This document shows positions 24,701 to 63,754 of a DNA stretch of 64,000 nucleotides, piece after piece (within the stretch, counting starts at the first letter, position 1; every line of letters begins with the position of its first letter). The stretch is taken from assembly GCA_051362555.1 (NCBI GenBank), contig CM120640.1, positions 18,104,001 to 18,168,000 of the forward strand, given 5' to 3'. A program made the translations under genes and the position numbers. This DNA comes from Lingula anatina (Eukaryota; Animalia; Brachiopoda). The notes beneath the pieces are model-generated. The model was given only the letters and a program-made list of their open reading frames with translations. It was not told the DNA's origin and made no database searches.

Positions 24701-27700
24701 TGATGATGTTTATGGCGTAGGACTTGAAAACCACTGACTGTGTTTTCTATGCCTGTTTACTGAGTTTAAGAAAATAATTTAATGCTGAATATTTAGTTTG
24801 AGTGTGCCCTACTGATTGTCAGTGAATTATTCTTAATGTATTGTCAGCATGAAGTAAAATATAGTAACATGGAAGGGTGAGCATTGTTATACATTATGGA
24901 GATGACATAAAGTTAATACTGGAGGAAGTTTAGTGCTCCTGTGGTCTGAACTTTGACCATTTAACTCTATGATTTTACTCTGACCATTGGTAATGTTTGA
25001 CCAGCGTTCATGCAGAGAACTCTATTTTCCTAAGCCTCTGTACCTGCTGTTCTCACTGTTTCAATTAGTTTTCTGGCACTGAAGCCAGTGTAGTTGTAGG
25101 GTACAGAGGAACAGTGCTGCACAGGGATGCATTGAGATTTGCTCTTTAAGTCTCATGTTAGTGTGACTGGGTTAGAATAACAGGGGCAGCAGTGTGGTTG
25201 GGTGCCCTATGCACTGCCCTATGGCCACAGTCCAGTGGGTAGGTGCTGCTGTTACATAACCACAGCACTCCAACAGCAGGTGGCCAGACTAAGCTTGATT
25301 TAAATATCAATTAAATGTATGTATGGATAGTTCACACACTGAGCTTTTCAGTGTATTTGTGGTCTCATGGTATTACTGGTATAGAAAAGTGGTGTAGATT
25401 AATTCTGATAGAAAAGGGAATCTGTAAAATTACACCATTGGGTAGATTTGCTTCAGGGTACTGTGAAAGGTTAGGAGAAGCATGGTGTAATTGAGCTTCT
25501 TAATGTTTAGAAATGGAATGGGTCAGATCATGTCAAATATCTATCCAATCCATTAGGGATCCATATATCCAATCTTTTATGAAAGCAGTTTGATGTCAGA
25601 CTGAACAACACAATATCTTCAAAACACTTCTCTTTTTTAACCAGAGCATAAGCTTGAAGCGACAGCAGAAATTAAAGTAAATCTGTCGGGATCCATTAGC
25701 CTGGATGATTTTAACAAGGCTGAACTTATGCTTTGTCCATTGATGTAGTTGAAAACAAGAATTTTTTTATTTCAAAGTTAAATTTAAGATTCAAGATAAG
25801 TGGTCAAGTTTGGTAAGTTGGTGATGGATGTTTTTTAAAGGGGAGGTTTCCAGACAAAATACATTATTCAGATGATATCAAAGGATTTGAAAAAAAAAAA
25901 CCTAATTTATTTTTAATTTAATTTTATAAAAAACTAGGATGGGTTCTCATTGTCTGTGTAAGAATAGTGTGGCCCTTGTATGAATAGTGTATGTCTGAGG
26001 GAGTTATGGGTCTTTGTGTCTGGGCAGCATGGGGTGTCGGAAATGGGGCAATCTCACCTGCGGTAATCAGAAGACATACAGATAAACGGCTCAAGATAGC
26101 ACTGGCAAAACTTGAGATGTTTGCTCCAATAACTTTTGGAGGTCTGTGTCAATCAATGAGAGGACCAGGGGCAGTTAGGGGTCACTGGTTTTCAGCTGAA
26201 GCTGTTTTATAGATGAGATGTTGTGAGAGGTAATAATCTGCCAATAATTTGTGATCTGATGACCTTTTTTCAAAGTGAATATAAAGCCAATGGAGCAGGC
26301 ATTGTGGAACGGGGAAATAAGAGCACACTTGAATTTATAGGAGTTGACAGTTAAGAGGGAGCTGCATAATGCAGGATAACTGTATTCAAAATTGAAGATA
26401 TTTCTGGTCGTTGCTGGAGAAGCCTCAAGTATGTATTTATGCCTCTGGTTGCTTCTCATCTTAGCAAGATATCTGGGCATCAGTGTTGATCCGCTCTCTG
26501 ATGTTAGCTAGTAGATGTTTGGACCTACTGGTTGTTGCACAGCATCTGCTCTTCTCTTTGATGCCTGCATGGTGTAGTTAACCTGTACCCAGAGGTATAT
26601 CTACTCAGACACTTAATGCTAGATAATCATATCGAAAATTGAAAAAACCCTCAGATTTGGCTAGTTAAGCCTGGCATGCATGTAGGCCTCCTGACTGTAG
26701 TGTGACTGTCTGCTGTGTTGGTTCTGTGATGCTGTTGATGCATGCATTATCTTCACTCCACCTGCTGAGAGGCACTTGGCTTCTGTGTTGCCTGCACTTC
26801 AGGTGTGCAGCTACAATATCTTGTGCCACCATGTGAAGTTGAGAGGGTTTGCTTCTAACACTGAGCAGTGTTGAGGGAACACGTGTGGAAAGGGGTGATT
26901 GGATTGTTTCTGTATTGCTGTTTTGAAATGGTCCTTGTTATTACACAGTGTCTACCAAATTTTTCTGTTACTTTTCTGGAAAGGGTCCATTCCTAGATGC
27001 TGAACAATTTCTGCATTATTTTGTACTGAACAACTTAACCCTTAGTTATCTATTATTAAATAAATGTTGCTTAAGCAAACTGTCACTTATAGACCGTCAA
27101 TAAAAACAGAAATTACAAAACCTATTTAAACAGCAGCTGATGTTTGTCCAAGCTAAGTACTGTAAGCTAAAAACTGGGGTGAAAAAGTAGACACATTATT
27201 TCCACTGGCAACTTTATCCAGCTTACAGGTCAGCATTCACACTGTCAGCAATAAATGCATTAACTCCAAAAATTAAAGGAATAACTTTCATAATTTTTCC
27301 TAGGTATGTTATTTGTATTGCTTTGGAATAATTCTTGAAGGTTTAATATGTTGAAGTAACCCTTCGGTCTCCATAGATTATATCAGTGTTTTTGTGTTAC
27401 TAGTATATTTAATGCAAGGCCCTGTTTATTATTTTACTGATGAAAGCCGTGACAACGTTTGCCCATACCCTGCCTGCAAAATTCTTCCAATCTCCACAAA
27501 ATGCATGAACTTTGTCACCCTTGATATTCAATAGCATCAAGGTACGTGGTTCCGGCTGATATGAGACTGGTTACAATGTTACAACAAAGAGTTACGTAAT
27601 ACTTGCAGCCGTTGGTAAAGTGTTATGGCTGCTTGGTCGGGCGGGTGAACTGGTGCACGCAGGGGCTGTTTTCACAAGCTGATGTGTAGACTGAGAGTAC

Positions 27701-29324
27701 TTGGTTCTTATGAAGATAGGTCAGAGTTTGAGGAACATTTGGAAGAGTTCTGGAAAACCATTAGGATGATACAGTCATAAAAATAACTTGTAAAAGTAAG
27801 CAGATGCTGTTTATGTTTCTTGGTAGATCTGATAATTAGTCCAAGTAGTCGTACTTAAGGTGTTAAAAGTAAACAAAGATGCAGGTGTAACTGCCTATAA
27901 CTTTAGGTTAAACATCACTTTTGATAGTAAGGACTAAGTGGTACCCCTTCTGTGTGTATGAGAAACTGTAGAATTTTTTTTCTTGTCTGTAACACATGAG
28001 GTGGATAGGTTGAATTTGGTGGTCATTGTTGTTATTTGATGTTTATATACATGTTAGATAGAAGTCGAAGGTTTTCTGATTTTGTCAAAATACTGTACCA
28101 GCTACAGCTGAAGTGTGTAATAGATGCTGCATTCCATGTAATCTTATCCAAAGATAATATTAATTTCAGTAACAGCAGTGTAAAATATGATCTTTGTGCA
28201 TATTTCCTATGCAATTATCACAACACTGTGGGATGTTATTGTAGCAGTTTGTGTTATATACTGTCTCTTGATTATTTTTAGGACGCTGAAAATGTATTTT
28301 GCACCTGTTGTAGCATAGTGTTCTTCTTGTATGAGAGCCTGAGAGTCTATGACCTTGTATATAGATATGGCAAGGTTTTTCCAATTGTCGTGTGCCACTT
28401 GTGCTATGTCCGTCTTATATTTATCAGCTAAAGTTTTTAATAAGCCTTATACTTTCAGAGTGGAATGTTTACAGGGCTGTTTGTGGATTCTGTCATGTTT
28501 TAGTATAAATTTGACTTTCAGTGGCAATCAGTACCACAAGTATTTTCCAGTCTAATCTCCTAATTTTTATGTTGATACAGCTTGTTTGCCAAACTGAGAA
28601 AACATTCTGGCTTATAAAAAAGAATTGGGCTTGAAACAAGTTTCTGTAGATGATTGCATGAGTAGTGGCTTTTAATTAGAATTTTTAAAGGTTGATATTG
28701 AAATTCGAGATCATTGGGAAAAGGAAATGACATGTTATGTTACAATGAATTATTCCTTTCTTGTCACTAATACTCCTGCAACGGCTATGTTGCTATGGCA
28801 ATGTATTATTTTCTTTTAGAATTAAGACAGTATATTACCTGTCAAATTCTCATGGTGAATTTTCCTTCTAGGTAACGATAACTGAGAAAGATATATTTAA
28901 TGCTTAACCAAACCAATATTTGACAATCACTTTCTCTAATAGATCATGATATCATAGATATAACATTTATTGCCTTATTTAATTTCTTGCCTCAAAAGAT
29001 GTGATATATATTAATTTCCCTTTTGTTATTAGAATTATCTTTTTTTTTTGTCAGTATCCCCAATTTCCTGTGTGCGCTGATGATCCTGCAGCTTTGTAGC
29101 CCACACCACTGCATTGTGTCAGGTTAATGTTGCTGGTGCACTTTTATATATTCTTTCACTGATGCCATCTAGTTGACTTGTGTGGAAATTGTAGCATACT
29201 GTTTTGTCGTCGTGAGCGTCGCAACTGTATAGGACTCTGTGCTACCACTGACACAAATTATCTCTGTTGACCATTGTGACTGTGATCATTTACTGGGTCT
29301 TTTTCTCCATTTCGCTTCAGAAAA

Positions 29325-53099
<23,775 letters not shown>

Positions 53100-53499
53100 A
53101 TTGGAATTAACAGAGGTATTTTTCTACAGAGGTAGGTTGTGTGACACAGTCGTCGAATCCTACCCAGTATCGTAATGGTGTCACACAGTTGTCAACCCCC
53201 ACTGTCGTTAATACTGATGTGTGACTTACACAGAATAGAAAAAAAAATTATATGATACTGGTGCTTAGTCTCAGTATCAGTGAGATGATGTCAGATAACT
53301 TGGATAACTTCATTAACATGATCTCTATATTGGTCAGTTATAAGAGTTGCAATGGATCATCTACCTCTCCAGAAATTTCAAGCTCAAAGATGCTCAAATA
53401 AAACTTGGGTGCTGTAGATGTCCTCTTTCATTGTTAAAAATGACAAGGATAGTGGCAATATCCCCACTGCTGGCCAGAGGTCACTGACACTAACTCTTA

Positions 53500-53970
53500 C
53501 TCAGAAAGAAACTGATACAGGCACCACTACTAACATCATATCCCCATATTCACCTCCAACACTGTAACATTGACAACATATACCAGTAATAACAACACCA
53601 CACCTGTAACTGTTAACACCATACCTATGCCTAAACACTGAGACTATACATATACAACTACTATACCAAAATCTTATCATTGCCCTCATGCATATACCTA
53701 AGCACTGACAACGTATATATCACCATACATATATCATACAGCTGACACCATACTTCTACCATCACCATACATATACCATACCACTGACACCATATCTGTA
53801 CCACCACAATGCATAAGCCATACCATTGTCCCCATATCTATACTACATGTGTCACCATGCATATACCATACCAATTGACACCATCCCTATATCATCACCA
53901 TGCTTATACCTTTCCACTGACACCATACCTATAATATCTTAAACCATATCCATACCATCCGTACCAACGA
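53500..53970. repeat. Degenerate CA-rich tandem repeat (CCATACCACTGACACCATA-like)
   Basis: Recurring CTGACACCATA/CACCATAC motifs. Confidence 0.7.
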
Positions 53971-55113
53971 CATATTTGTGCCCTCACTTTTGACTTTCTC
54001 ATTTGCTTTTGACAGTGTCATCCAGATGACTGATACCATGCATTCCCTCACTGCTATTATTGAACTTGTCTGACACTGAGTATGTTCCTTTCACTTGCAC
54101 TCATGACACCAATAATTTAATTTATGTAGTGTCACTGATTGAATAGTTTGTGCTGAGCTGCATTTATCCTCAGTATCTTCAATATTAGTCAAATTGGAGT
54201 AAGATGTTTATGCAGATTATAATTTTTCTTAATGATGAATAGAAAACAATCACTGTGATTTAGAGTACTATGTAACTTTAGAATACAGAATGGAGATGCT
54301 GAAGTGGTCAGTATTAAGAGTGGACAATGAAAAGTTATGGACATAGGGCTCATGTTATTACTATGAAATCATTGTTGAATAGCATAGACTAAATGCATTG
54401 TATGAGAAAAAAAGAACTGAAGAATTCAATGAGTGCCAAATTTTTGTAAAGATTAATGACTGTACGCACAATCATCAGTGTTGAATTTTTGTAAAGACAG
54501 GAATTCATTATAGGACAACTTTTTCTAACTAATTTGAATTGATAACTGTGATCTACAAGTCTTTCAATAATACCTAAGATTGTCTTAGTGGTAACAAATA
54601 ACTAAGTTTCTTCTTTTGACCTGTCAGTGTGACGTGACGCCTGTTTCTAATTTAGTTATTTTTGTAAACATTTTATGTTACGCATTTTTGCAACTGTCAT
54701 ACTGATCTTTGGTTTATTATTTGACTAATTGGGTTTTGTCATTTTGATCATTTTGTTGGGTTTGCTTTCTGTGTTGATTAACAATGAGTCATTTTTTGTT
54801 AATCTGTGTTGTGAATTTATCAATTACAATTTTTGATGAATTTTTTCCAACCCCAAAGAATACTATTTTGGCTTGCCCCTGGATTAATTCACAGTTTAAC
54901 ACCTCACTCTTTCTGTTGATTAATTACACTATTGCCTTATAAATTTCAAAAAACCATTATATTTAGTTCAGCTTCCAAAATGAGATATTTTTGTGTGAAA
55001 CAGGTCTGATAACACACTGTTAAACCTGACACAATGTCACCCAACATTTCCACATCTAACACAATGTCTACCAATGCCATAAATTAACCCTGTGCTTATC
55101 TTCTTTCCTTTAG

Positions 55114-57130
55114 ATTACACGTGGCGTGACGTCTGTATCCCGTGTCAGCGTGGCGTCTTCATGTCCCTTCTCACACTTTTCCTGTCAGTCCGTCACGTAC
55201 GCGTGCTCCGTGTGGGCCAACATCTAAATTAACGCTACAGCTGCTGCTGTCACTCCTTACTGCCAAGACTGCCTTGCGGAGCAAAGGGTAACTTAGCCAG
55301 GTACTGTCACTAATCAGTTTAACAAGACACCTCTGCCGTGCCCAGTCTTAAATGAGCACAACAGGGTGTAAATGGCATTTATGCCCTCTTCTGATGATTA
55401 TTCTGAAGGCTGAGAGTCTTATTTTACAAGGACAGGCCTGTCTTAAAGAGGACGCAAAGGTTTTAGAGACAACACAGGACACTTTTCGTTCCATGGATAT
55501 TTGTAACAAATATTGTTATTGTATGGCGTTTTTTGAAAAAAAAAATCGCAGTCATTTTAAGTTGGTTTTAGTCACTTTTTCTCATCTTATTAACTGTTGT
55601 TATTTCTTTGATGTTAAACTGTGTTATGTTAGTGTCCATTGTGGTTGTACCCCGCAGTGTAAATAGGAAGCAGGCAAAGCTTTCTTTAGCAGCCAGTTTG
55701 CTTTGATTTGTTTTATCTTGAAAATTTAATATTTGTTTACATATTAATAGGTGAGTTTACTAGTTTGATCTTTTTTGTGCTTGTGTTTCATATCAGTGTA
55801 AATCAGCAATCAGTTGATGTTGATGATATGGTTACTGGGTAATATTGTATTATTTATGTGTGCTGTGTAACTGAAATCATGGAAGTAACTTCTTGGATGT
55901 TCTAAGTGTGATCTACACGGTTGCTCAACAGCAGCTCTTTCTGTGTTGATGTTTGTTCTAGGTAGCATTGTGCTGTGAAACATGTTTTACTTCAAGTGAA
56001 ATGTTATGTCAGTTTGCTGGCTGACAGGAGAGGAACAAGGTACCCCACACAGCCTCTAGATGGAACCACCAGTATACACAGTCCCAAGATGGGCAACTAA
56101 GTCATTTTATTTTTTAAGATCCAGTGATATTCAAAGGGTAAAATAAGTAAAAAAAGGAAAACAGTTTATTTATGATCTCAGCAATAGGTGCAATTTTGTA
56201 GCAGAAGAAAGTATTATTTCGTTTTAACCTGTTTTGATTTTTACCTCTTATACAATGTTAAGTATATTTTTATTAATTTCATTTTCAAAGTATTTCTTCA
56301 TGGAGTATGGATAATTTTCAGTTTGGTAGTTTACCTGTTCCTCTCTCTGTCCGGCAAGGTTCCCAGTTAATGGTCATCTAAACAAACTGGACCAGGTCCA
56401 GCCAAGTGTGAATGACAAGGTGTGTTGTTTTTAATTGGACAAACATGTTGGACATGTTACAGACATGATTAATTTAATTACAAGAAAATTTATAATAGTA
56501 ATAATTAGGAAAATAAATAAAAATAATAGTTAAAAGAGAAGGATCTATTTTAGCACAACATATCATCCAGTAGTTTTTATCTATCGCGGGGTGCTGAACA
56601 TGCTGACAAGGAGCAGCTCCATTGTTGTCATGTTTATGTCCATTGTTTATTATTGGACACCTTTCTCTTGCCTTCATGTTTATATTTCATACATGTTTTT
56701 TTTTTTCTCTAGTCACATTGGCTTCTTGTGGAAGCAGCTATATACACAACATTACACCAGTGACCTTCTTTTGTATATAGGTCATTGATTGGCCCATATT
56801 TGCTCCTAGGTCATTGATTACACTATGAAGGGTAGGGTTTTTTGCGGATACATATCATTTTTGGATGAAACATTTATATCAAGAAAAATGAGACTAGTCT
56901 CCAGTTCTTATTCAATTCATTCATGTTTTTACTGTTGTATATGATAAAGATTAGCAGTGAATACTCACAGTTTTGACTGACAGTCATTTTATTTTTTTGA
57001 AATGTGAGCATCATGAAGTAATTGACTGACTTGATTTTTACTGGTTTTCAACAGAACATGCTTTGGCATTTCATAAAAAAAAGGGTTTTATTTTTTTGAA
57101 AAAAATAAACTTGTTGTTAGTCCATCAACC
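55114..57130 (+). other. Probable CELF terminal 3'UTR exon
   Basis: Strong acceptor ttctttcctttag|55114, U/GU-rich sequence, and AATAAA at 57104-57109 followed by GU-rich sequence. Confidence 0.5.
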
Positions 57131-60100
57131 CTAGTACATTTAGTGTGTATATTGTTTTGTGGGTTGCTATTATCTTGTGAAAAATGGAAATAAATTGCAG
57201 AAGTAAATGCACATTTGTATCTGTTGTTGATTTTGTTTGTATACATAAACTCTCAGTAATAAGAATAAAATCGAGGCCTATTTCACTCAAAAGTTTGGGA
57301 GTCAATGTTTGTGAAGTGCACTTGGAAAGCTCAAAAATGAATTTCCCTTTATTTTTTCAATGAAAGAATTGCACAAAACTGACATTTTTCCATTAAAATT
57401 CTCATTGCCATAAGTGCAGGCAACCATGATTTTGAATTATTATTGTTAAAGGGGTATGTCGGAGAACTCAAAATTGGCAGACTTCGAGGCATAATTTCCA
57501 AAGCACAAAATAATGCACTTGTAATTTTAAAATGGAGAATTTCAAAACAATCACTTTTGTTTCTACATCCAGGTGTCAGAGTACATCTGTTTTAGGGAAT
57601 ACAATTATAACAGTCACCTAAAAAAACGACCAGATTTTGTTAAAAGGAATACCTCTGAAAAGAAATGGCGGCAAGTTTTGTTCATTGCATTGAACAGTTA
57701 AGACATGGAATGCTGGCAGAAAAAAACAATGTGGCAAAAATCCATTATGCTCTGCAAATTTAAGTTTTGCAACAGAAAGAAAATACTGTGAAAAACCTAA
57801 ATATTGTGAAAAACCATTCCTGGTTTTATTATTTTAAACATGAGTAAAGCCATTCGAATATGAACTCAAGACACGGTTTAATGTACGTTGTATACAACGA
57901 GCACTTCACAATTGCATTCTAGTGCATTGAAGTTCACATTTACTATGATGTATTTCATAAATGATTTTAAACAATTTTGTATCACTTCACACCGTCAAAG
58001 TCCGCCAACAAAAATAGCTTGACAACCTCTTGTTACACCTTTTGCATAACAAATTGTCATTACCAATGAAAATACATAAGGTACCAGAATGGGCAGCAGA
58101 CATCACAATAAGGTTCAAAAAGGCATAATTTTTCACCCTGGAAAGTGTCATTTGTTATCATCTTTTTTCAAATTGCTTATAAACATTTTGCTTCTCCGCC
58201 TTCATTGTTCTCCAGAGCCCGACTCAATTTTAAAAACTATTACAATGCATTTCAATCACTGATAAATGTATGCATCGACCAAATTATTACGAAGGTGCTG
58301 GAATCTTGAGTAATATTGTTTTGGCGTACTGGTATGTATAATTGTTACCAGCGACGGCCTTAAAGACCCATGTCGCCAATTCTGCCAAGAGCTGTACAAC
58401 CGGAATGCATTTTTTTTCAATAATTACTTTTAAAGCTCATCGTTGTTAATATGTTTAAATTTAAAATCATTATCATTATAATGTAATGGACACATGAACA
58501 AACTGAATTGTTTGTCAAAACCAATAACAGCACGACAAGACGCAGTGTATAGTTTGGGCTGGGTCGCAGCGTATTCGCGATCGGCAACATGTAATATTCA
58601 TGTGTTCAGTAGCGTTTGAGCACATCAAATGTAACAATCAAAACAGAGAAATCCTTTAATCTGTTCAATAAAAAATATTCTATCAAACCAGCGACTTTCA
58701 CTTTTCTCGCGAGTAAAGTAAGCGGCCACAAGTTTTCACTTGTAATGAGCCATACCTGTTGATATTTACATAACAATGAGTCGGTCATCCCGATGTGAGC
58801 TGTCCTCCATGAAAGTCACCATATTGAGAAGACGCAAGAATGTGGATGGCGCAGTCCGAATCTCAAGGATTACCCCTGCAATATTGAACTTTTATGGGCC
58901 TTAGAGGGAATTATGTCTTGTAAGTATCAATATTTCTGTGATTGTTTACGCCACTATTTACTAAAGGCGTCTAGTTTTTTAAAAAAAATGTGCCAAATGT
59001 TTGATAAGCGCATATATCGTTGTTCCATTACGCCCATGATGTTGATCGGAAATAGGAATATGTCACACTATCCAATTTTAATTCGGAAATCTTAAGGCTT
59101 TCGCCCAGGTTCCAGACTTCCAACTATGCGCACCAACTGTAGAAGTAACATCTGGCACTGCGTCAAATAATAATAATAATAATAAGTAATCTTGTAAATT
59201 TTGAGCTTCAAAAACCTCCCTTTTGGGTGTTTTGCAACTGAACAGATAGGAAAGATATAGTAAAGAAAATGGCGGTAAAATCCGTAATAATTGAAAACGG
59301 CCTTAGTAGCTTATCACAATAGTTTTGTAATACACTTGTTCGGATTATCCCCGAAGAAGGCCCAGGGACCGAAAGCTCGGATTGTATTTAACAACAATAA
59401 TGTAGATCTTTCAAGGTGCATCAATATATATACTTCTATTGTAATACACTTGTTAACTCGGTTAAAGCTTGGACAAAATAACGTAATTTTGTGCATGGTT
59501 AAATTAAGGAAACATTTTACTGACAAGATTTTCAGACTTAACGCTGATCTTGAAAAGAGGAGTAAAAAGTAGCTTTATATCCTCGCCAATCTATACTTGG
59601 TTAAATTTTACATTATGATACCTGTAGGTAAATGTATGACGGCTATAACAGCTTGGTCGTCCTATAAACCAATAGGCCGTGACAATGAAAGAGGGCACTA
59701 AAGACGGCAAAAGGTGCAAAGAAATGGACATTTTAGCTCAGTTGTCTACGTGTAATCGGCAATAACATGAATTCTAAGGCTATTTAAATCCCTTAAATCG
59801 GCAAATATACTAACAATACTACTTTCAATGAAATGTTTGATTTTAAAGCTAAGAAGTTCTTTCTATACGACTGCATCAAAATTTCTTGTGTGTATTTTGG
59901 CTGTCATACTTCTTTTAATATGGCACATAGGTGTAATTGACCATGTTTATGACGAAAAATATATTCATTTCTCACATAAAGCCTCATCATAATTTTGTTT
60001 AACACGGGACTGTTGTATTTCAAAAATATGCAAATTTGGCACATTACAATACATTTTGCAACAACAAAAACAACAAAAAAAGAGTATGAAATATGGTTGT

Positions 60101-60292
60101 TTCGCACATGACGTCGTCGAGTTATATGTTAAACGATAAACTGAATATTTGTGAAAACTTTTAAAGACCTATCATGTAAAATTTATCCATGTGGGACGCG
60201 CAAATAAAGCTAATTTGATATCAATTATACATTAATTTCAAACCTACTCCCAACAAGTACGTTTATTTTATGACAAAAATCAATTTCTAGTG

Positions 60293-60296
<4 letters not shown>

Positions 60297-60341
<45 letters not shown>
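60297..60341. repeat. (TA)n microsatellite
   Basis: Direct reading. Confidence 0.95.
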
Positions 60342-60343
<2 letters not shown>

Positions 60344-60825
60344 CTGATTACACTATTTCTGTTAATTTTACTGTATATTTTAAAGCGCGGAATCAAAACA
60401 ACTAGGTAGAATTCACTTTAAATTTTATTTCATAATTTTAAAATTTCAACTTTAAAACGAGTAACAAATCACAATTTTTCCAATAAATTAAAGTGGATGA
60501 TATTTTACAAAATAAGATATTTCATACCCATGAATATTCTGTAAGGTTAAATATATGTAGTTAAATATAATAATTAATAGATTGAAAACTCTCAGTGGAA
60601 ATATAACAATGTAACAAGATGAAGATACAGAGAACGGTATAACTGTCACAAAATTTTCATTCCCGTTAATGTGTTAAGTGAAAAAAATTAAAACTTGTTA
60701 TACAGTGGTGAAAAGTCTTTCTGTCTCTTTTTTTTTAATAAAACACACACACACACACACACACACACAATGTAATATGTAGTTAATAACGAGAAGATTT
60801 AAGTATTTTGGATGAAATCGGTAGT

Positions 60826-63754
60826 TCACAAATTATAACGCTGAAGAGCGCGTGTGCTCAAAAGAACAACAGCATTCTTTCTTCCCTTCTTTTTCTTTAT
60901 TGTATTAATTTTTTGTCCGGTTGCTTCATTTCCATTAGAATCTTCACTCTTACTTGAAGGCAACGGTGTTGTTTCAACAGATGTTTGTTTGTGAATTAAA
61001 TCCGTATTTGCCTGTGTAGGGGTTGCGTCTTTTTGCAAAATGGGCGCCTTCTTTTCCTGACAGGGAGTATGGCGTTTACGCTCCATTTCGGGAGAAACGC
61101 CGCTTTCAATTTTTGAACGTCTTATCTTCCTTTCGTGTGCCTGTTGACATTTGTTGATTATGTCCCAGTCCGAATAATCAAAGTCAGCCTCATTGAAATT
61201 ATGTTCTAAAATATACTGTCTTTGGAAGAAGTTGACAAACTTAAAGAGCTTCATATTACTGTGGAAATATGCCCGTCTGTTGTATTCCTCGGAATCACGA
61301 AGAGCAGCGTCCTGCTGTCGACTTATATACCGTTTTTTGTCTATGTCCGAGGCGTTGGACTTCCGCCTGTCCAAACTTTGCTCTTCTTGGTCAGTAGACG
61401 AGCAAGTTGCCGACGAAATAGAGGGAGCGCGACTAATTGAAGTTTCGGTAAAATCTGCTTTGTCCCATATTAAAGCAAGTTCTCGCAAAGCGGCATGTCG
61501 CGCTCGAAAAGCTGCTCTCTTCCATTTTTCTCTAACTGTTTTAGCAGTCTTCAAACATGTTTCATTACTGTGTTTATTCCCAACTCTAATTTCAGCCAAC
61601 CGGGCGATGGTTTTCAAATGTCTCAGGCTGTTGTGAAATACACATAAGAGTTTATCACGTCGAGATTTCATTTCCTGGTACTCGATAAATTTTTTCATAT
61701 GGATTTGCTCTAAATGCCCCCCTGTAAGATACAAATCGCTGTACCATGTGCTGAAGTCCTCCAAACACCGTTCGCGTATAGTGAAAGAGGGGCATGCTTT
61801 GTCAACTTCCGTTGATTCCCTCTGCATCTGAGCACCCTTTTTATCCTTCGTTAAAGTTTCCTCGGTTTTGGTCATTTTTGCCCCTCCGTTATTACATGCT
61901 TCTGCAAGTTGGTGCCCCCTTGTTGCTTTCTTTTTCTCTGCCTTTCGATTTGGGTCCACATGTCTAAAATCGATCTCTGAATTAGCATCAGTACCCAGCA
62001 AAGAGGGTTCGATCTCGGTTTGCTTTGTGGCCAAATTATTTACACTTTGCTTGATGTCTGAGTGCCAGATAGAGGGAGTCTGGGCTCTCCTTTTTGGTCG
62101 TGCACCAGTAGCGTTTTTATGCCCATTTTCTTTTGGAGAAATTTCGACCGCCAGAACCCCTTGCTTGCTATCAGCTGTTTGCTTCATCATGCATTCTGCT
62201 GTTTGTGCTTTACGTTTGGTCATAGCTTGTTTTTCTGACACCAGGTTAGAATATTCCTCTGCCTATAACAAGCATGGTGGTATATTTTAATAAATTACAT
62301 TTATATATGTTTTAATTAAAATTACAAAAATCAATAGAAGCTATGTTTAAAATCATGATAACGAAATAAGGACCAATAAATCAAAAAGTTCATGAACAAA
62401 CTGAGAACTATGATATTCCTTTAATGTCGTACCTGTTCCTTTACCCCCTTTGTAAAAGTTTTATTCTTTTCCCTGTTGATGTGCTTAACCACCGGAATAT
62501 ATGGCTTTTTAGCACTCTGGTTTTGCACCACATCATTTCTCTGTGATTCTTCTCTTTCTTTTAATAAGCTGGCTTTGCTTACAACTACTTTATCTGATTG
62601 TAATTTTAGTGGCTTAGATTTATCCACCTGTAATAAGAACGTCACTAAATTAAATATACAAATTCCAAACATTATTAGTCAGTTGTTCTCTGCTTAACCT
62701 GAGGGATACATAAAACCCACATCAGGGGCTGACCAATGATTATTTGAAGGGGGGGGGGAAGAAAATTTTTGATACTTTGAAAGACAAACGTTGCCATTTG
62801 GTGCGGTTTATAACTACGATTCAGCTAGTCAATTTTCGAACTTCAAAAGGGGAATATTAGACGCAAGTAAAAAAAAAAAAGTAAAAACCAAAATATTGAT
62901 GAACCAAAGAACATTATTTGGTCTTCATAATAAGATTTAAAGAGAAAATCTTGTGAAAACTTATTTAGAAAGAAAGAAAGTATATTGTGCCATTTATAAT
63001 AGAAGTAGTAATATAAAAAAGCTGGTCAAGAAATGAGCATCAGGAACGTTTGGTTATAACCCGAAGATAAAGCGTGTGTGTCAATAATTGTTTACCTCAG
63101 TTTCCAGTAAAGTGGCTTCAAACTTAATTTGTTCCACTGTCAAAGAGGAACGTTTTTGGATGCACAGAATTCTACTCGTTACTTGTCCCTCTTTCTTCAT
63201 ATGTTGACTGACACTATCCACTTCCTCTTTTCCATCATCTGTGCTTCTTTTGACCTGTTTTTCCTTGTCAACAGTAACAACGCTGGCTTTGAGGATGCCT
63301 GGTTCTCTTAAGTGTTTGGTTTCCGGAATTTCCATAAAGCTTTTAGTGGTCTTTGCCTTAATAAATAATAATGGCTTGATAATGGCTTGATAAAATTATA
63401 ATGGCCTGATCAAGCATGCAACAAGTTATTTATAAAAATGAAAAGTTTTAATGAAGAAAATTAAATCATAACGCTTTAATGATTGATATTGGTTTAATTT
63501 AGTCATCATGTGTACAGGCTTACCTCAGTGTCCAGCAAAATGGGTTCAATCTTTAATTGTTTGGAATTTTGGATGCAGGATCCTTGGCCCAGATCTCCTT
63601 TCTTCGCATTTTGATTGACGTAGTCATTCGCATTGTATTCGGGATTGCTCACCACAGTTGGAAGTGACGGATGGTAGGACCTTTGTTCTACTGAGTCAGT
63701 CACAGCTGTAACTTCTTTTTCTGCTAGAAGATTGGGGGGCTTGGATATTTCTCC
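60826..63754 (-). CDS. Uncharacterised K/E/S/T-rich protein, 3' part (5' end beyond window)
   Basis: Phase-0 exons 63754-63524, 63356-63096, 62627-62433 and a 1437-nt last exon 62262-60826, all with AG/GT boundaries and an open frame (~707 aa). No domain recognised. Confidence 0.75.

Noticed and set aside
23500-26900. GC-richer stretches and 70-100 aa ORFs in CELF intron 1
   Set aside because: Possibly decayed transposon sequence, but no recognisable RT, transposase or gag motif.
57447-58900. TTAA-AGGGGTATGTCG start suggestive of a Kolobok-type element
   Set aside because: No matching second TIR or TSD found.
61193-62290. Plus-strand ORFs of 140-147 aa
   Set aside because: Antisense shadows of the long minus-strand exon.
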